Source: Nitrosopumilus sp. (GTDB lineage: Archaea; Thermoproteota; Nitrososphaeria; Nitrososphaerales; Nitrosopumilaceae). From it: a DNA stretch of 64,000 nucleotides. Every line of letters begins with the position of its first letter. Position 1 is the first letter of the stretch. The translations under genes were made by a program, and so were the position numbers. Location: the NCBI GenBank assembly GCA_965197525.1, contig OZ240211.1, forward strand, positions 1,248,001 through 1,312,000, given 5' to 3'. Below are positions 1 to 9,493 of this stretch, piece by piece. A model generated the notes under the pieces. The model searched no databases. It worked only from the letters and a program-made list of their open reading frames with translations, and was not told the origin of the DNA.

Positions 1-1265
1 ATGGTGGTCACCGACGAGGTGTCCCAGCCGGAGATGTCGCCGTCAAAGGAAGTGGCACCGTAGAACATCCTATACATGGTGGTCACCGACGAGGTGTCCC
101 AGCCGGAGATGTCGCCGTTGAATGAAGTGGCACCTGTAAACATGTCGTTCATGCCAGTCACCGACGAGGTGTCCCAGCCGGAGATGTCGCCGTCAAAGGA
201 AGTGGCATCGTAGAACATGCTGTTCATGCCAGTCACCGACGAGGTGTCCCAGCCGGAGATGTCGCCGTTGAATGATTGGGCGCCTTGGAACATCTGAGAC
301 ATGTCAGTCACCGACGAGGTGTCCCAGCCGGAGATGTCGCCGTTGAATGAAGTGGCACCTGTAAACATCAGCGACATGTCAGTCACCGACGAGGTGTCCC
401 AGCCGGAGATGTCGCCGTCAAAGGAAGCGGCATTACCGAACATCCAGCTCATGTCTGTCAGCAACGAGGTGTTCCAGCCGGAGATGTCGCCGTTGAATGA
501 TGAGGCGCCGTGGAACATCCAATACATGTTGCTTACAGACGAGGTGTTCCAGCCGGAGATGTCGCCGTTGAATGATGAGGCGCCGTGGAACATCCTATAC
601 ATGGTGGTCACCGACGAGGTGTCCCAGCCGGAGATGTCGCCGTCAAAGGAGGATGCGTCTGCAAACATCATCCACATGTCGTTTACCGACGAGGTGTCCC
701 AGCCGGAGAGGTCGCCGTTGAATGATGAGGCACGGTGGAACATCAAGTGCATGGTGGTCACCGACGAGGTGTCCCAGCTGGAGATGTCGCCGTTGAATGA
801 TTGGGCGCCTTGGAACATCTGAGACATGTCAGTCACCGACGAGGTGTCCCAGCTGGAGATGTCGTCGTTGAATGATAAGGCGTCGCGGAACACCCGAGAC
901 ATACCGGTCACCGACGAGGTATCCCAGCCGGAGATGTCGCCGTCAAAGGAGGATGCGCCCGCAAACATCAGAGCCATCTCGGTCACCGACGAGGTATCCC
1001 AGTCGGAGATGTCGCCGTCAAAGGAAGTGGCACCGTTGAACATGTTGTTCGTGTCAGTCACCGACGAGGTGTCCCAGTCGGAGAGATCTGCGTTGAATGA
1101 TGAGGCGTCGCGGAACATCCAGCGCATGCTGGTTACAGACGAGGTGTCCCAGTCGGAGATGTCGCCGTCAAAGGAAGTGGCGCCGTTGAACATGTTGCTC
1201 ATGTCAGTCACCGACGAGGTGTCCCAGTCGGAGAGATCGGCGTTGAATGATGAGGCTCCCTGAAA
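1..1265. repeat. Tandem coding repeat, 75-bp period, 17 copies in window
   Basis: The core gaggt(g/a)t(c/t)ccag recurs at 16, 91, 166 ... 1216, exactly every 75 nt. Confidence 0.95.
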
Positions 1266-1730
1266 CATAAAGCTCATGCCTTGCGCAACCGAGAGATCTG
1301 GTGTATCGGTTGCACGATATACCATATTTGATGCACCGTTAAATGCTGAGGACATTAACCTCCACTGTATCGCGCCCCATTGATCTATGGAAAGCAGTTT
1401 TTCCGCATTTGCCATGTCTCTTAGACGAATGTGGGCAAAGTCACCTGATATACTGACCTGGTAATCCCCGGGTTCAGCATATTCATGAGTCTGATCCCCT
1501 AAGACATTAGCAGATACGGTTCCGTCGCCCCAGTCGACTGTGTACACGCCTGAGAAGCTGCTTGTAGGTATGGTTATCGACTCGCCGGGCGTCGTTGTCC
1601 GCCAAGTGGTGACAAAAGAATCTACATCTACTTGAGACTCAGAAGGCATGGGTACGGCAACAAGGACAAAAATCACTACTGTAAGAATACATAGACTGCC
1701 TGTTCTTCGCAACGAAAACTGTAAAACCAT
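1..1730 (-). CDS. DUF285/BspA-family (bacterial surface protein repeat) secreted protein with N-terminal PKD-like domain; 3' end runs out of the window
   Basis: Manual translation of the minus frame (ATG at 1730, no stop down to base 1): [27 protein letters not shown] (signal-like), [25 protein letters not shown] (PKD-like), [26 protein letters not shown], then 25-aa repeats MxxMFxxAxSF[ND]GDISxWDTSSVTx. Absent from the ORF track because there is no stop in the window. Confidence 0.93.
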   Translation of the reverse strand, partial: MVLQFSLRRTGSLCILTVVIFVLVAVPMPSESQVDVDSFVTTWRTTTPGESITIPTSSFSGVYTVDWGDGTVSANVLGDQTHEYAEPGDYQVSISGDFAHIRLRDMANAEKLLSIDQWGAIQWRLMSSAFNGASNMVYRATDTPDLSVAQGMSFMFQGASSFNADLSDWDTSSVTDMSNMFNGATSFDGDISDWDTSSVTSMRWMFRDASSFNADLSDWDTSSVTDTNNMFNGATSFDGDISDWDTSSVTEMALMFAGASSFDGDISGWDTSSVTGMSRVFRDALSFNDDISSWDTSSVTDMSQMFQGAQSFNGDISSWDTSSVTTMHLMFHRASSFNGDLSGWDTSSVNDMWMMFADASSFDGDISGWDTSSVTTMYRMFHGASSFNGDISGWNTSSVSNMYWMFHGASSFNGDISGWNTSLLTDMSWMFGNAASFDGDISGWDTSSVTDMSLMFTGATSFNGDISGWDTSSVTDMSQMFQGAQSFNGDISGWDTSSVTGMNSMFYDATSFDGDISGWDTSSVTGMNDMFTGATSFNGDISGWDTSSVTTMYRMFYGATSFDGDISGWDTSSVTT

Positions 1731-2312
1731 GATATCATGTATTTCACAGACATGGTATTATGTATTTCACAGGACACAATTAACTCAAATGTGCGCTCCA
1801 ACTACGGAAGCGGTTCAGGTTTGGAAATTTGACATGTAAACAACCTGTCATAAACCACATTTTTAACAAAAAACACCGTTTCATGATCTTTTTTATCACT
1901 AAACGGTTTCCGTATCACTTTTCTTCGGTTTTCACGGCGCCAGTCCGCGTAATTTGCGCCTGCCGCCATTCAGCGCAGTGGCATGACTATCTAGCGTGCC
2001 GGAAAACATCCCGTACACCCCCCTCTACGCCGTGACGTCAGTGTTGCAGCGAAAGCACCGTACACATACCGCGCGCAACTGTCTCGGTCTGTATATCTTT
2101 ACGGTGTCCTCGTCCATGCGTACTAGCTTTTCCCCATTCCGGCAGAACTACCGTCAACAGCGCGTTGATCGTAGCTGTTCTGTACTCTCATTCCTACAAA
2201 CCATTGCAGTAACTATAACGTTGTAATTCGGAGAAGATCCTGAAAACACCCCAAGTTCACAGTTACATGAAAACATCCGCTAACTTACCAGTGCAAAAAC
2301 AGGTGATAATGG

Positions 2313-2403
2313 TATGTCTCGAATTGAACAGTCTTAAAATAGACATATTGTTATGTCCCAAATTGAACAGTATCTGGAAATATCCCGAATTTTGAACAGT
2401 GTA
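2313..2403 (-). repeat. Transposon/MITE-like end (copy D): three sub-repeats ..AATTGAACAGT ending in AACAGTGTA
   Basis: tatgtctcgaattgaacagt (2313), tatgtcccaaattgaacagt (2352), atatcccgaattttgaacagtgta (2380-2403). 2357-2403 matches the reverse complement of 12501-12547 at 33/47 positions without gaps. Confidence 0.7.
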
Positions 2404-2417
2404 TAATTTTAAAAAAT

Positions 2418-2843
2418 TTAATTTAGCTTTACAAAAGGATTCGTTTTATCATCAGTGTCAACGGCAATTTTATCGCCTGTGCGTAATAAGGCTAACACGT
2501 CTCCTGGCACTAAAAAGAGTGGAATGTCAGCTAGCGCACAGCCAGTTGCAACGGTAAGATCCGCCTTTGTGCATATCATTGCAAGTGGCGCCGTACCGTT
2601 TGATTTTATTGAATAGATGGTATAGGCGCCAACACTGCTCCCAACACCTGAAGGAAATACCAAGATGGAGCCTGAGACAGAGGACTCGAAGAGATCGTGG
2701 TTAGAGTCTGTAACGATCCCAGTCTTTTTATCAACTGTGCCCAAAAAGTTAATCGGTTTGTCAGATTTTAAAACAGTGCCTTGTGTCTTGCCAGAGACTA
2801 GAATTTTTGTCGTCGTCATCATCTTCTTCTCCTTCATCATCAT
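2418..2843 (-). CDS. AcnX swivel subunit (DUF126), mevalonate-5-phosphate dehydratase small subunit
   Basis: FLGTVD...G ILVFPSGVGSSVG motifs; overlaps the DUF521 gene. Confidence 0.88.
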   Translation of the reverse strand: MMMKEKKMMTTTKILVSGKTQGTVLKSDKPINFLGTVDKKTGIVTDSNHDLFESSVSGSILVFPSGVGSSVGAYTIYSIKSNGTAPLAMICTKADLTVATGCALADIPLFLVPGDVLALLRTGDKIAVDTDDKTNPFVKLN

Positions 2844-4039
2844 CTCACTGCCTCGTCTTTGATTATCTGAGAGAGCGGTTTCAGATTTACACCAACACCG
2901 TTTGAATTTTTGAGATAAAATGCACCTTTGATACTATTGGTGGTCACAGCATCGACACTGTCTTTGTTTATCAGAGGAGAAAGACACGTACAACAGTCAG
3001 AGAGTATCTCGCATCCTGCACGTTCTAGTTGCTCAGTATATCCAACCTTTCTTGCTTGCTCTTTTACAGTCCGCGGTACGAACACCATACATCTCTTTTG
3101 AAATGTCTTACCGTCTAGTCTGTTTACAAGGTCAGATATCTCTTCATATCCTAGTTGAGGGCTGCCAAGTGTGATTATATCTCCTTGGGAAGAGGTATTA
3201 AGTTCGTCATGAATGTTCTGCATCTCTTTTTCATCAAAGACTATCTTTTCACAGTTGTCAGTCTCGTCATTTTTTTTATTTAAAATATTACTTGCATTAT
3301 CGTTGTCATCGAAGATAAACTTGGCACAGGTTCCAGAAGTTCCCATTCCTCCACACATTGCCTTGCGTTGTCTGTTATCCATTGTTGGAAGACCGGAAAT
3401 ATTTACAGATGTATCACCTACCTTTCCTGCAAAAAATCCAAGCATTCCGTATGTCAGCTCGTCTGGATCTTTGATACCCATCTGAATCGTAACATTGGGG
3501 CTGTCCTCCTTTCTCAGTGACGAGTAAGGACTCTTGCCAATAATTGCACTGGCAAGTGCGCTAAATGCGCTCTCTTTGTTTGTCTTGAGACCATCATACG
3601 AGTTTGCATGAATTGCAGCATTGCTCTCTGCAAAGGCAACTTGGGTCCCGTCTGAAGGAATGTCAAATATCTCATAAGGAATGCATGAGAATGACGGGAT
3701 GACGCCCATCTTTTCATACGAGTTTTTAATTGATAGCTGTTTTGTGATAAAATTTTCATCAATGGGATAATCTGATACGTTGTCAATATCAAATCCCATT
3801 GGATTCAAGGTTGTTCGTACTCGGACCCGTGCATCCTTGCTAATACTTGATAAAAGTTCTTCTCCTGCATCGCCAATAGTGTTATAGTTTACGCCTGAGA
3901 GATGTGCCCATTTTATTGGTACGAGTCTTTCAGCATCGGTTGCCTCTCCTGTTGCAACTAGGATTCTGTATGCCGTCTGTATGCTCTTGCCATACTTGCC
4001 TCGTAGGCCGTCTTGTTCATCAGGCGTTAGTTCCATCAC
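2840..4039 (-). CDS. AcnX catalytic subunit (DUF521), mevalonate-5-phosphate dehydratase large subunit
   Basis: HLSGVNY, SFSCIPY, AESNA, LGSPQ, DCCTCLSP, TNSIKGAFY motifs. Confidence 0.9.
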   Translation of the reverse strand: MMELTPDEQDGLRGKYGKSIQTAYRILVATGEATDAERLVPIKWAHLSGVNYNTIGDAGEELLSSISKDARVRVRTTLNPMGFDIDNVSDYPIDENFITKQLSIKNSYEKMGVIPSFSCIPYEIFDIPSDGTQVAFAESNAAIHANSYDGLKTNKESAFSALASAIIGKSPYSSLRKEDSPNVTIQMGIKDPDELTYGMLGFFAGKVGDTSVNISGLPTMDNRQRKAMCGGMGTSGTCAKFIFDDNDNASNILNKKNDETDNCEKIVFDEKEMQNIHDELNTSSQGDIITLGSPQLGYEEISDLVNRLDGKTFQKRCMVFVPRTVKEQARKVGYTEQLERAGCEILSDCCTCLSPLINKDSVDAVTTNSIKGAFYLKNSNGVGVNLKPLSQIIKDEAVR

Positions 4040-4084
4040 AGTTGTTTTGTATTACAGTTATAATATTCTTGTACATGGCGTTAA

Positions 4085-4744
4085 TTGGGAATGAAGAAAA
4101 TTCTAACTGGTATGAGAAAGACCATGAATGCTGTAAAGCCACCAAGAATCACTGCATTACAAGAATTACACGATGCAGAGACAGGACCGTTTAGCATCTT
4201 GATTGGCACAATACTCTCTGCAAGAACAAAGGATGAGGCAACAACAAAAGCGATAAAGGTGCTGTTTGCAAGATACAAGAACTCAAAAGAGTTGTCACGT
4301 GCAAAGGTAAAAGACGTAGAGAAGATAATACACTCTATTGGATTTTTTCATGTCAAGGCAAGAAGAATAATCGAGGTGGCAAAGATTATTGATAAAAAGT
4401 ACAAGGGAGCAGTTCCTGATGATTTGGAGACATTGGTACAACTTCCAGGAGTAGGACGAAAGACTGCTAACTGTGTATTGGTTTATGCATTTGAACAACC
4501 TGCAATTCCAGTTGATATTCACGTTCACAGAATATCAAATAGATTGGGGCTAGTCGAGACAAAAAATCCTGAAGAGACAGAAGTCGAGTTAATGAAGATC
4601 GTTCCAAGAAAGTACTGGATTGACATTAATGACACTTTTGTAATGTATGGTCAGAATATCTGCAAACCAATATCTCCAATGTGTAACGTGTGTCAAATAA
4701 AAAAAGATTGTAAATTTTATGAAACTAGGAAGAACGTCTCTTAG
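4085..4744 (+). CDS. nth: Endonuclease III (HhH-GPD, 4Fe-4S)
   Basis: LPGVGRKTANCVL, VDIHVHRISNRLG, C-terminal CKPISPMCNVCQIKKDC. Start may be the ATG at 4091. Confidence 0.95.
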   Translation: MGMKKILTGMRKTMNAVKPPRITALQELHDAETGPFSILIGTILSARTKDEATTKAIKVLFARYKNSKELSRAKVKDVEKIIHSIGFFHVKARRIIEVAKIIDKKYKGAVPDDLETLVQLPGVGRKTANCVLVYAFEQPAIPVDIHVHRISNRLGLVETKNPEETEVELMKIVPRKYWIDINDTFVMYGQNICKPISPMCNVCQIKKDCKFYETRKNVS

Positions 4745-5423
4745 TTAGAAACAACACGCCTACAACAACTCCCATGCCTGCTGCAATATAGAATGGGAAT
4801 AATGCAAATTGGTTCTTTGCAGGATCACCTGAAAGAAACTCTACTGTCATGATTCCAGAATTGATGGCAGGCGGATCAAGTAGACTCTCCATGCCATAAG
4901 CAGAGTATGCATCAATTACAAATTTACCAATATCCAAGTTGGTAACTACTATTCGCGCACCATTGTTTACAGTCAATCCCGCTCTGTCAGTAAATGATAC
5001 TATAGATTTGGCTTGAGGGTACCATCCTCTATCTAGGTCCCTGTGAACTACAACATAGCCCTCTTTTGGAGTTTGTACTGCAACCCAAAACTTGTAGTCA
5101 GGCTGGGCACCCATCCCAACTTCGATGAACTCGTCGTAAGTCTCTTGGTCATAGAATCGCAGTACGGCGTTTCCACCAGAATGTTCATAAAGTAAATTGT
5201 TATCAATTGTTATCTGCCAGCTAACTCCATGAACTCCATCCAATGCAACTACAGGCGCATTACGTAAAATTGTGTTAAAGTCATCAGATGGAACGTCTAT
5301 TGTATTGATAATTAATGAAGGGTTGTTGGGTTCTTGAGCATGAACAAAAGATGGTGGTGCAAGCAAGAATGTAAATAGTAACAACGATCCTACAGACAGA
5401 AATACCGTATCAAAATGCTTCAC
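4725..5423 (-). CDS. Hypothetical membrane-anchored exported protein
   Basis: N-terminal signal peptide and C-terminal TM helix followed by a basic tail. Confidence 0.75.
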   Translation of the reverse strand: MKHFDTVFLSVGSLLLFTFLLAPPSFVHAQEPNNPSLIINTIDVPSDDFNTILRNAPVVALDGVHGVSWQITIDNNLLYEHSGGNAVLRFYDQETYDEFIEVGMGAQPDYKFWVAVQTPKEGYVVVHRDLDRGWYPQAKSIVSFTDRAGLTVNNGARIVVTNLDIGKFVIDAYSAYGMESLLDPPAINSGIMTVEFLSGDPAKNQFALFPFYIAAGMGVVVGVLFLTKRRSS

Positions 5424-5453
5424 AGATAAGATTCAAGACGATTAAATAAAAAT

Positions 5454-6602
5454 CTAATCAACAAATGGCTTGGGATGAGCTAAAATAATTTTGGCTACTT
5501 CGGGCCTCAAGATAAATTCAGACGGTGGTTGGTGGTTTTGAATCATCTCTCGTAGCTTAGTACCGCTAATTTGTACTTTGGAGTCATTGTCATGTGGACA
5601 CGCCTTTGGAGTTGTATATGTCAGACATTGTTTGCAATAAAAGAATGCTGGGAAAAACACAGGCGCAATATCAAGTTCCGGATAGTCAGAGAATATTGCC
5701 TGAGCGGCAAACGGATCATAGAATGTGCCAACGCCTGCATGATCTCGCCCGATGATAATGTGCGTGCAGCCGTAATTCTGTCGCATGATTGCATGATGAA
5801 TTGCTTCTTTAGGACCCGCATATTTCATCTCAGTGTGCAGAGTTCCTAACTGGCATCTATTCTCTGGATAGTATAACTCTATTAGGGTTTCATAACATTT
5901 TACAATGACTTTGTCTACGAAATCACCTGATTTTTTCTTGCCTACAAGAGGATTGACAAATACACCATCACGTGTTGTAATGGATGTTTTTTGAAGCATC
6001 TCGTGTGCTACATGTGGTGGATTTCTAGTTTGAAATGCACAAATGGTCTTCCAGCCTGCTTGGGCAAAGGATTCCCTTGTCTGTTTTGGAGTCAGTCTGT
6101 GTTCTCTAATCTCAGTATCGTCCGGTCGCTGAATATAGTCAATCTTTCCACTGACTAGATGGTCGTTCATTGACATGGTCTTGGCAACGCCTGGATGTGA
6201 TACGTCACTAGTTCCATAAACACCGTTTACCACCTCTTCTTTATCAAATGTATACGTCTCATCAACCCGCAGTATTGCGACGCCTACACCAAAAGGATTC
6301 TTTAGCAGCACATTCTGTGACTCTTTCATTTTAGAGGCAGTTGGTTCATCAACATCAAGAACAATTGGAATAGTCCAGGCAACCCCGTTAGCTAGCCTTC
6401 CACGGGATACAACACTCTTGAAATCTTCTTGTCCCAGGAATCCTTCTAAAGGACTAAAGATACCATCTGCAATATTTTCAACGTCGTTTGCCAAATCTTC
6501 AGTAATTGTAATAGAGTATAACGAATCCAAATCATCATTGACTGTTGTAACTCTATTTACGAGTACGCCACCGTGTGGTTTGATCAAACTGGGTTCTGCC
6601 AT
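5454..6602 (-). CDS. sat: Sulfate adenylyltransferase
   Basis: [30 protein letters not shown]. Start adjusted to the ATG at 6602 ([12 protein letters not shown]) so that it does not overlap cysH. Confidence 0.95.
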   Translation of the reverse strand: MAEPSLIKPHGGVLVNRVTTVNDDLDSLYSITITEDLANDVENIADGIFSPLEGFLGQEDFKSVVSRGRLANGVAWTIPIVLDVDEPTASKMKESQNVLLKNPFGVGVAILRVDETYTFDKEEVVNGVYGTSDVSHPGVAKTMSMNDHLVSGKIDYIQRPDDTEIREHRLTPKQTRESFAQAGWKTICAFQTRNPPHVAHEMLQKTSITTRDGVFVNPLVGKKKSGDFVDKVIVKCYETLIELYYPENRCQLGTLHTEMKYAGPKEAIHHAIMRQNYGCTHIIIGRDHAGVGTFYDPFAAQAIFSDYPELDIAPVFFPAFFYCKQCLTYTTPKACPHDNDSKVQISGTKLREMIQNHQPPSEFILRPEVAKIILAHPKPFVD

Positions 6603-6609
6603 AATAATT

Positions 6610-7326
6610 CTACTTGCTATCCGTGTGAAGGCCACACTCTTTATTTCCTTCGGTCTCCCACCACCATCTTCCTGCACGAATATCCTCGCCTGGCTTTATT
6701 GCGCGGGTACACGGTTCACAACCAATACTAGGGTAACCTTGGTCAAGAAGACTGTTGTAGGGTAGCTGGTTATCTTTGATATAGTCTTGAATTTGCTGCC
6801 ATGTCCAGTCAATAATAGGATTAATCTTCAAGATGTTATCATGTTTACGATCCAATTCAAAGATTGTCATGTTACTGCGATTAGCAGTCTGTTCTCTTCT
6901 CAGTCCTGTAATCCAGCCATCAAGGGTTGCAAGCATCTTGTTCATTGGATTTACTTTACGAATCTTACAGCACAGTTCTCTATTCTCTACGCTCTCATAA
7001 AACAAGTTCATCCCCTTCTGCCTTACCATATCCTCTACTTGCTTTGCATCAGGGAACAGAACCTCAATTGAGATATTGTATCTCTTTCTAACAATATCAA
7101 TTATGTTGTGAGTTTCCTGAGGCAGCCTGCCAGTATCAAGGGTAAAGAATCGGAATTTAGGATTAACTTTTAGCATCAAGTCCATAACAACGGCGTCTTC
7201 TGCACCAAAGCTTGATGCCTTGGCAACATTAGGGTGCAAGTTATCAGAGGTCCAAGTTAGCGCATCTTGGGTGGTAGTTATCTGAGAGTTGAGATCATCT
7301 ACCTGACTCTGAGTAAATCTTCGCAT
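6610..7326 (-). CDS. cysH: Phosphoadenosine/adenosine phosphosulfate reductase
   Basis: [31 protein letters not shown]-terminal ECGLH. Confidence 0.93.
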   Translation of the reverse strand: MRRFTQSQVDDLNSQITTTQDALTWTSDNLHPNVAKASSFGAEDAVVMDLMLKVNPKFRFFTLDTGRLPQETHNIIDIVRKRYNISIEVLFPDAKQVEDMVRQKGMNLFYESVENRELCCKIRKVNPMNKMLATLDGWITGLRREQTANRSNMTIFELDRKHDNILKINPIIDWTWQQIQDYIKDNQLPYNSLLDQGYPSIGCEPCTRAIKPGEDIRAGRWWWETEGNKECGLHTDSK

Positions 7327-7356
7327 ACCTGCAGTAGGGATTTGTTTTATATTAAT

Positions 7357-7440
7357 TGTTAAAAAAATCCTAAATTATAAACAAGCAGAGATAAGGACTC
7401 GTGATACGAGTCAGATCATATGTTGTGGTATTTTCAACAT
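7357..7440 (+). repeat. Degenerate direct-repeat copy of the thiI-like gene upstream/5' region (partner at 8281-8376)
   Basis: aaaatcctaaattataaacaagc..agataa.ga.tcgtgata.gagtcagat(at)catatgttgtggt.ttt.caac is shared with 8298-8375; this copy has ATG>ACG and a 2-nt deletion. Confidence 0.85.
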
Positions 7441-7594
7441 GGAAAAAGCATTCAATCTGCTAAAGGAGTCAGGAAAAGAGATCGAAGTACTAGTCACATG
7501 CAGGTTTGATAGTAAAAACAACACCGTTGAGAAGATAAAATATTCCATTGACGAGCTATCAAACCTAAACCCCCGGTCTTTGCCTTATCAATAG
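7439..7594 (+). CDS. Short ORF (51 aa) of unknown function, possibly a gene remnant
   Basis: MEKAFNLLKESGKEIEVLVTCRFDSKNNTVEKIKYSIDELSNLNPRSLPYQ*; no recognised motif. Confidence 0.3.
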   Translation: MEKAFNLLKESGKEIEVLVTCRFDSKNNTVEKIKYSIDELSNLNPRSLPYQ

Positions 7595-7660
7595 TAATGT
7601 AAAAAATCATTAAAAGTAACGCACATGGATATTTTTACATGTCGATGTTTCTTGTGGATC

Positions 7661-7897
7661 TTATTTTACCATACCGTGGTTGTAATCGTTGGTAAATTCT
7701 TCCTTGGATATGCCTGCATACAACAGTACGGAAAATTGGGTCCTAATTTTCAATCTTTTATTTCTCGCTGGCACGACCGTAACGAGATCTTCATTACGTA
7801 GTGTTATGTGACTTCCTTTTCTCTGCGTTATGACAAACTCTTTTTTCTGCAGATACCTTACCATTTGGTTGCCCGACACCCGTGGAAATTTCGTCAT
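7661..7897 (-). CDS. hicA: HicA-family toxin (type II TA)
   Basis: 78 aa basic protein, SG..MVRYL.K..F...QRKGSHITL...VVP; stop/start overlap with hicB. Confidence 0.85.
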   Translation of the reverse strand: MTKFPRVSGNQMVRYLQKKEFVITQRKGSHITLRNEDLVTVVPARNKRLKIRTQFSVLLYAGISKEEFTNDYNHGMVK

Positions 7898-8109
7898 TAC
7901 TGTTCTATAATGAGCATGTTAAAATCCGTTATATGCCCGCCTTCCTCAGCTGCAAGCTCCATTGCCTCCTTCATGTTCTCCATCATCTCCCCAAACGTCT
8001 CTCCTTCTGATACTGCATGAAGCTCGTCACAGGTGGCAACAAATCCTCCCTCTTCAAGATCCTTGGTTATCACAACCGAGTATGTCTTTTTTTGTACTGT
8101 CGTGCTCAT
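7897..8109 (-). CDS. hicB: HicB-family antitoxin (short, no DNA-binding domain)
   Basis: YSVVITKDLEEGGFVATCDEL..VSEGETFGE..ENMKEAMEL acidic HicB signature. Confidence 0.88.
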   Translation of the reverse strand: MSTTVQKKTYSVVITKDLEEGGFVATCDELHAVSEGETFGEMMENMKEAMELAAEEGGHITDFNMLIIEQ

Positions 8110-8339
8110 AGTGTTATTTCTCTTACAAGCATTAAAGAGTTTATCCCATTGAAACTTTGTTTCCCAACTCAGATACTTCGCACCTTTACGATTAATTTAG
8201 TCCGTAAACAGCGTCAAGTCACGCGAGGGTGCGTTCTTTGTGGCAACTCAGATGTCTTTATCTAAATTAGGAAACACTTGTGTTAAAACATCTTCCTAAA
8301 ATCCTAAATTATAAACAAGCGAAGATAAAGATTCGTGAT

Positions 8340-9470
8340 ATGAGTCAGATATCATATGTTGTGGTGTTTCCAACCATCTTTGCAAAGAACAAGATACCGC
8401 AGCTAGTCACAAATATTAAAAAAATTCTCAAAGCAAGAGATCAACGCTTCAGGTCAGTCAAACGAGATGGTGATATTATACTAGTCGATGCAAACGATCC
8501 TGTATTTGCATCATCTGCAATAAATTTGATCTTTGGAGTTGAAAAAATTGCAATTGCCAAACAAGTAAAAAATAACTTTTCAGATATCGTATCAGAGATA
8601 ACATCTGTTGGGGGCAACTTGCTCTTAAAGGGAGAGAAATTCATAGTCAAAGTCGAGGGAGTGTCAAAAGGATTTATAACAAAGGATGTAGAGATTGCTG
8701 CAACCTCAAAGATAATAGATGAAAAGGCAAAGTTGGGGGCACAACCCGGAACTGATGAGCGTTTTGACAAGTTATTATACACATATCTTACAAAAAATAA
8801 TGCATACATCTGTATCTTTATTGATAAAGGAATAGGAGGCATACCATACCAAGCACAACAAAGCCAAAAGACAATATGCGCAGTGTATGATGAGACATCT
8901 GCAGTGTGCTGTTATGAGACAATCAAGCAAGGATATGATGTAGACATTATAGTATGTTACAGACAACAATCAGAGTTGATGAATCTTGCAAAGATAATCA
9001 ATAAGATTATCCCTAGATTGCTGCAAGACAATATCACAATCAAGTTCTTTCATCTTGGTATTAACCCAAAGGGCGTAAAGAATTATTTTGTGTTTGTAGA
9101 ATCAGTGCTAGAGATAATGTTAAGGCACACGCAGCAATACGTCTCACTGGCGTTATCGCCGCTGGTATTTCCAATAGAGTATATCAAAAAGGTATCAAAC
9201 AGAGTATTTCAAGCACAAAAGACTCCCGTACTTGCACTTGCAGGCGTAGATAGTGGCCTCTTTGAGAGTGCAAGAGAGATAGGATTAGAAAAAAGTATAA
9301 AAAAATTAGAAAAGCAAGTCACAATGACTGTGCGTGAGATGCCTGCTACTCCTGCCGGCGCAGCACAAGACGTAGAGAGTGTGATAAAAACAACAAAAGA
9401 GATAACAGTAAAGATAGGGCCTAACAATGTTCATGATATTTTAGATTCGTTGGAGAATTACAAAATTTAA
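8340..9470 (+). CDS. THUMP-domain ThiI-like protein (thiamine biosynthesis/tRNA modification family)
   Basis: THUMP-like N-terminus (FIVKVEG...DVEIAATSKII, LYTYLTKNNAYICIF); no canonical SGGxDS PP-loop. Start placed at ATG 8340 (MSQISYVVVFP). Confidence 0.7.
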   Translation: MSQISYVVVFPTIFAKNKIPQLVTNIKKILKARDQRFRSVKRDGDIILVDANDPVFASSAINLIFGVEKIAIAKQVKNNFSDIVSEITSVGGNLLLKGEKFIVKVEGVSKGFITKDVEIAATSKIIDEKAKLGAQPGTDERFDKLLYTYLTKNNAYICIFIDKGIGGIPYQAQQSQKTICAVYDETSAVCCYETIKQGYDVDIIVCYRQQSELMNLAKIINKIIPRLLQDNITIKFFHLGINPKGVKNYFVFVESVLEIMLRHTQQYVSLALSPLVFPIEYIKKVSNRVFQAQKTPVLALAGVDSGLFESAREIGLEKSIKKLEKQVTMTVREMPATPAGAAQDVESVIKTTKEITVKIGPNNVHDILDSLENYKI

Positions 9471-9493
9471 ACGGGCATGTCAGGTTTTACATA

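Noticed and set aside
301-1263. Plus-strand repeat ORFs (301-822, 826-1263) in the ORF track
   Set aside because: Antisense shadows interrupted by stops; the minus frame is open for 1730 nt and encodes recognisable DUF285 repeats.
1-1265. 75-bp repeat array as a CRISPR array or DGR variable region
   Set aside because: The period is a multiple of 3, the variable parts are codon-constrained and related to each other, there are no cas or reverse transcriptase genes in the window, and variation is not adenine-specific.
1790-2300. Short ORFs (1648-1839, 1829-2035, 1996-2226) and GC-rich intergenic sequence
   Set aside because: No recognisable motifs in any frame I translated; possibly a decayed gene but not supportable.
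7661-7897. HicA as an inactivated toxin (no VPxH motif)
   Set aside because: The catalytic GSH histidine is present, so loss of function cannot be claimed.
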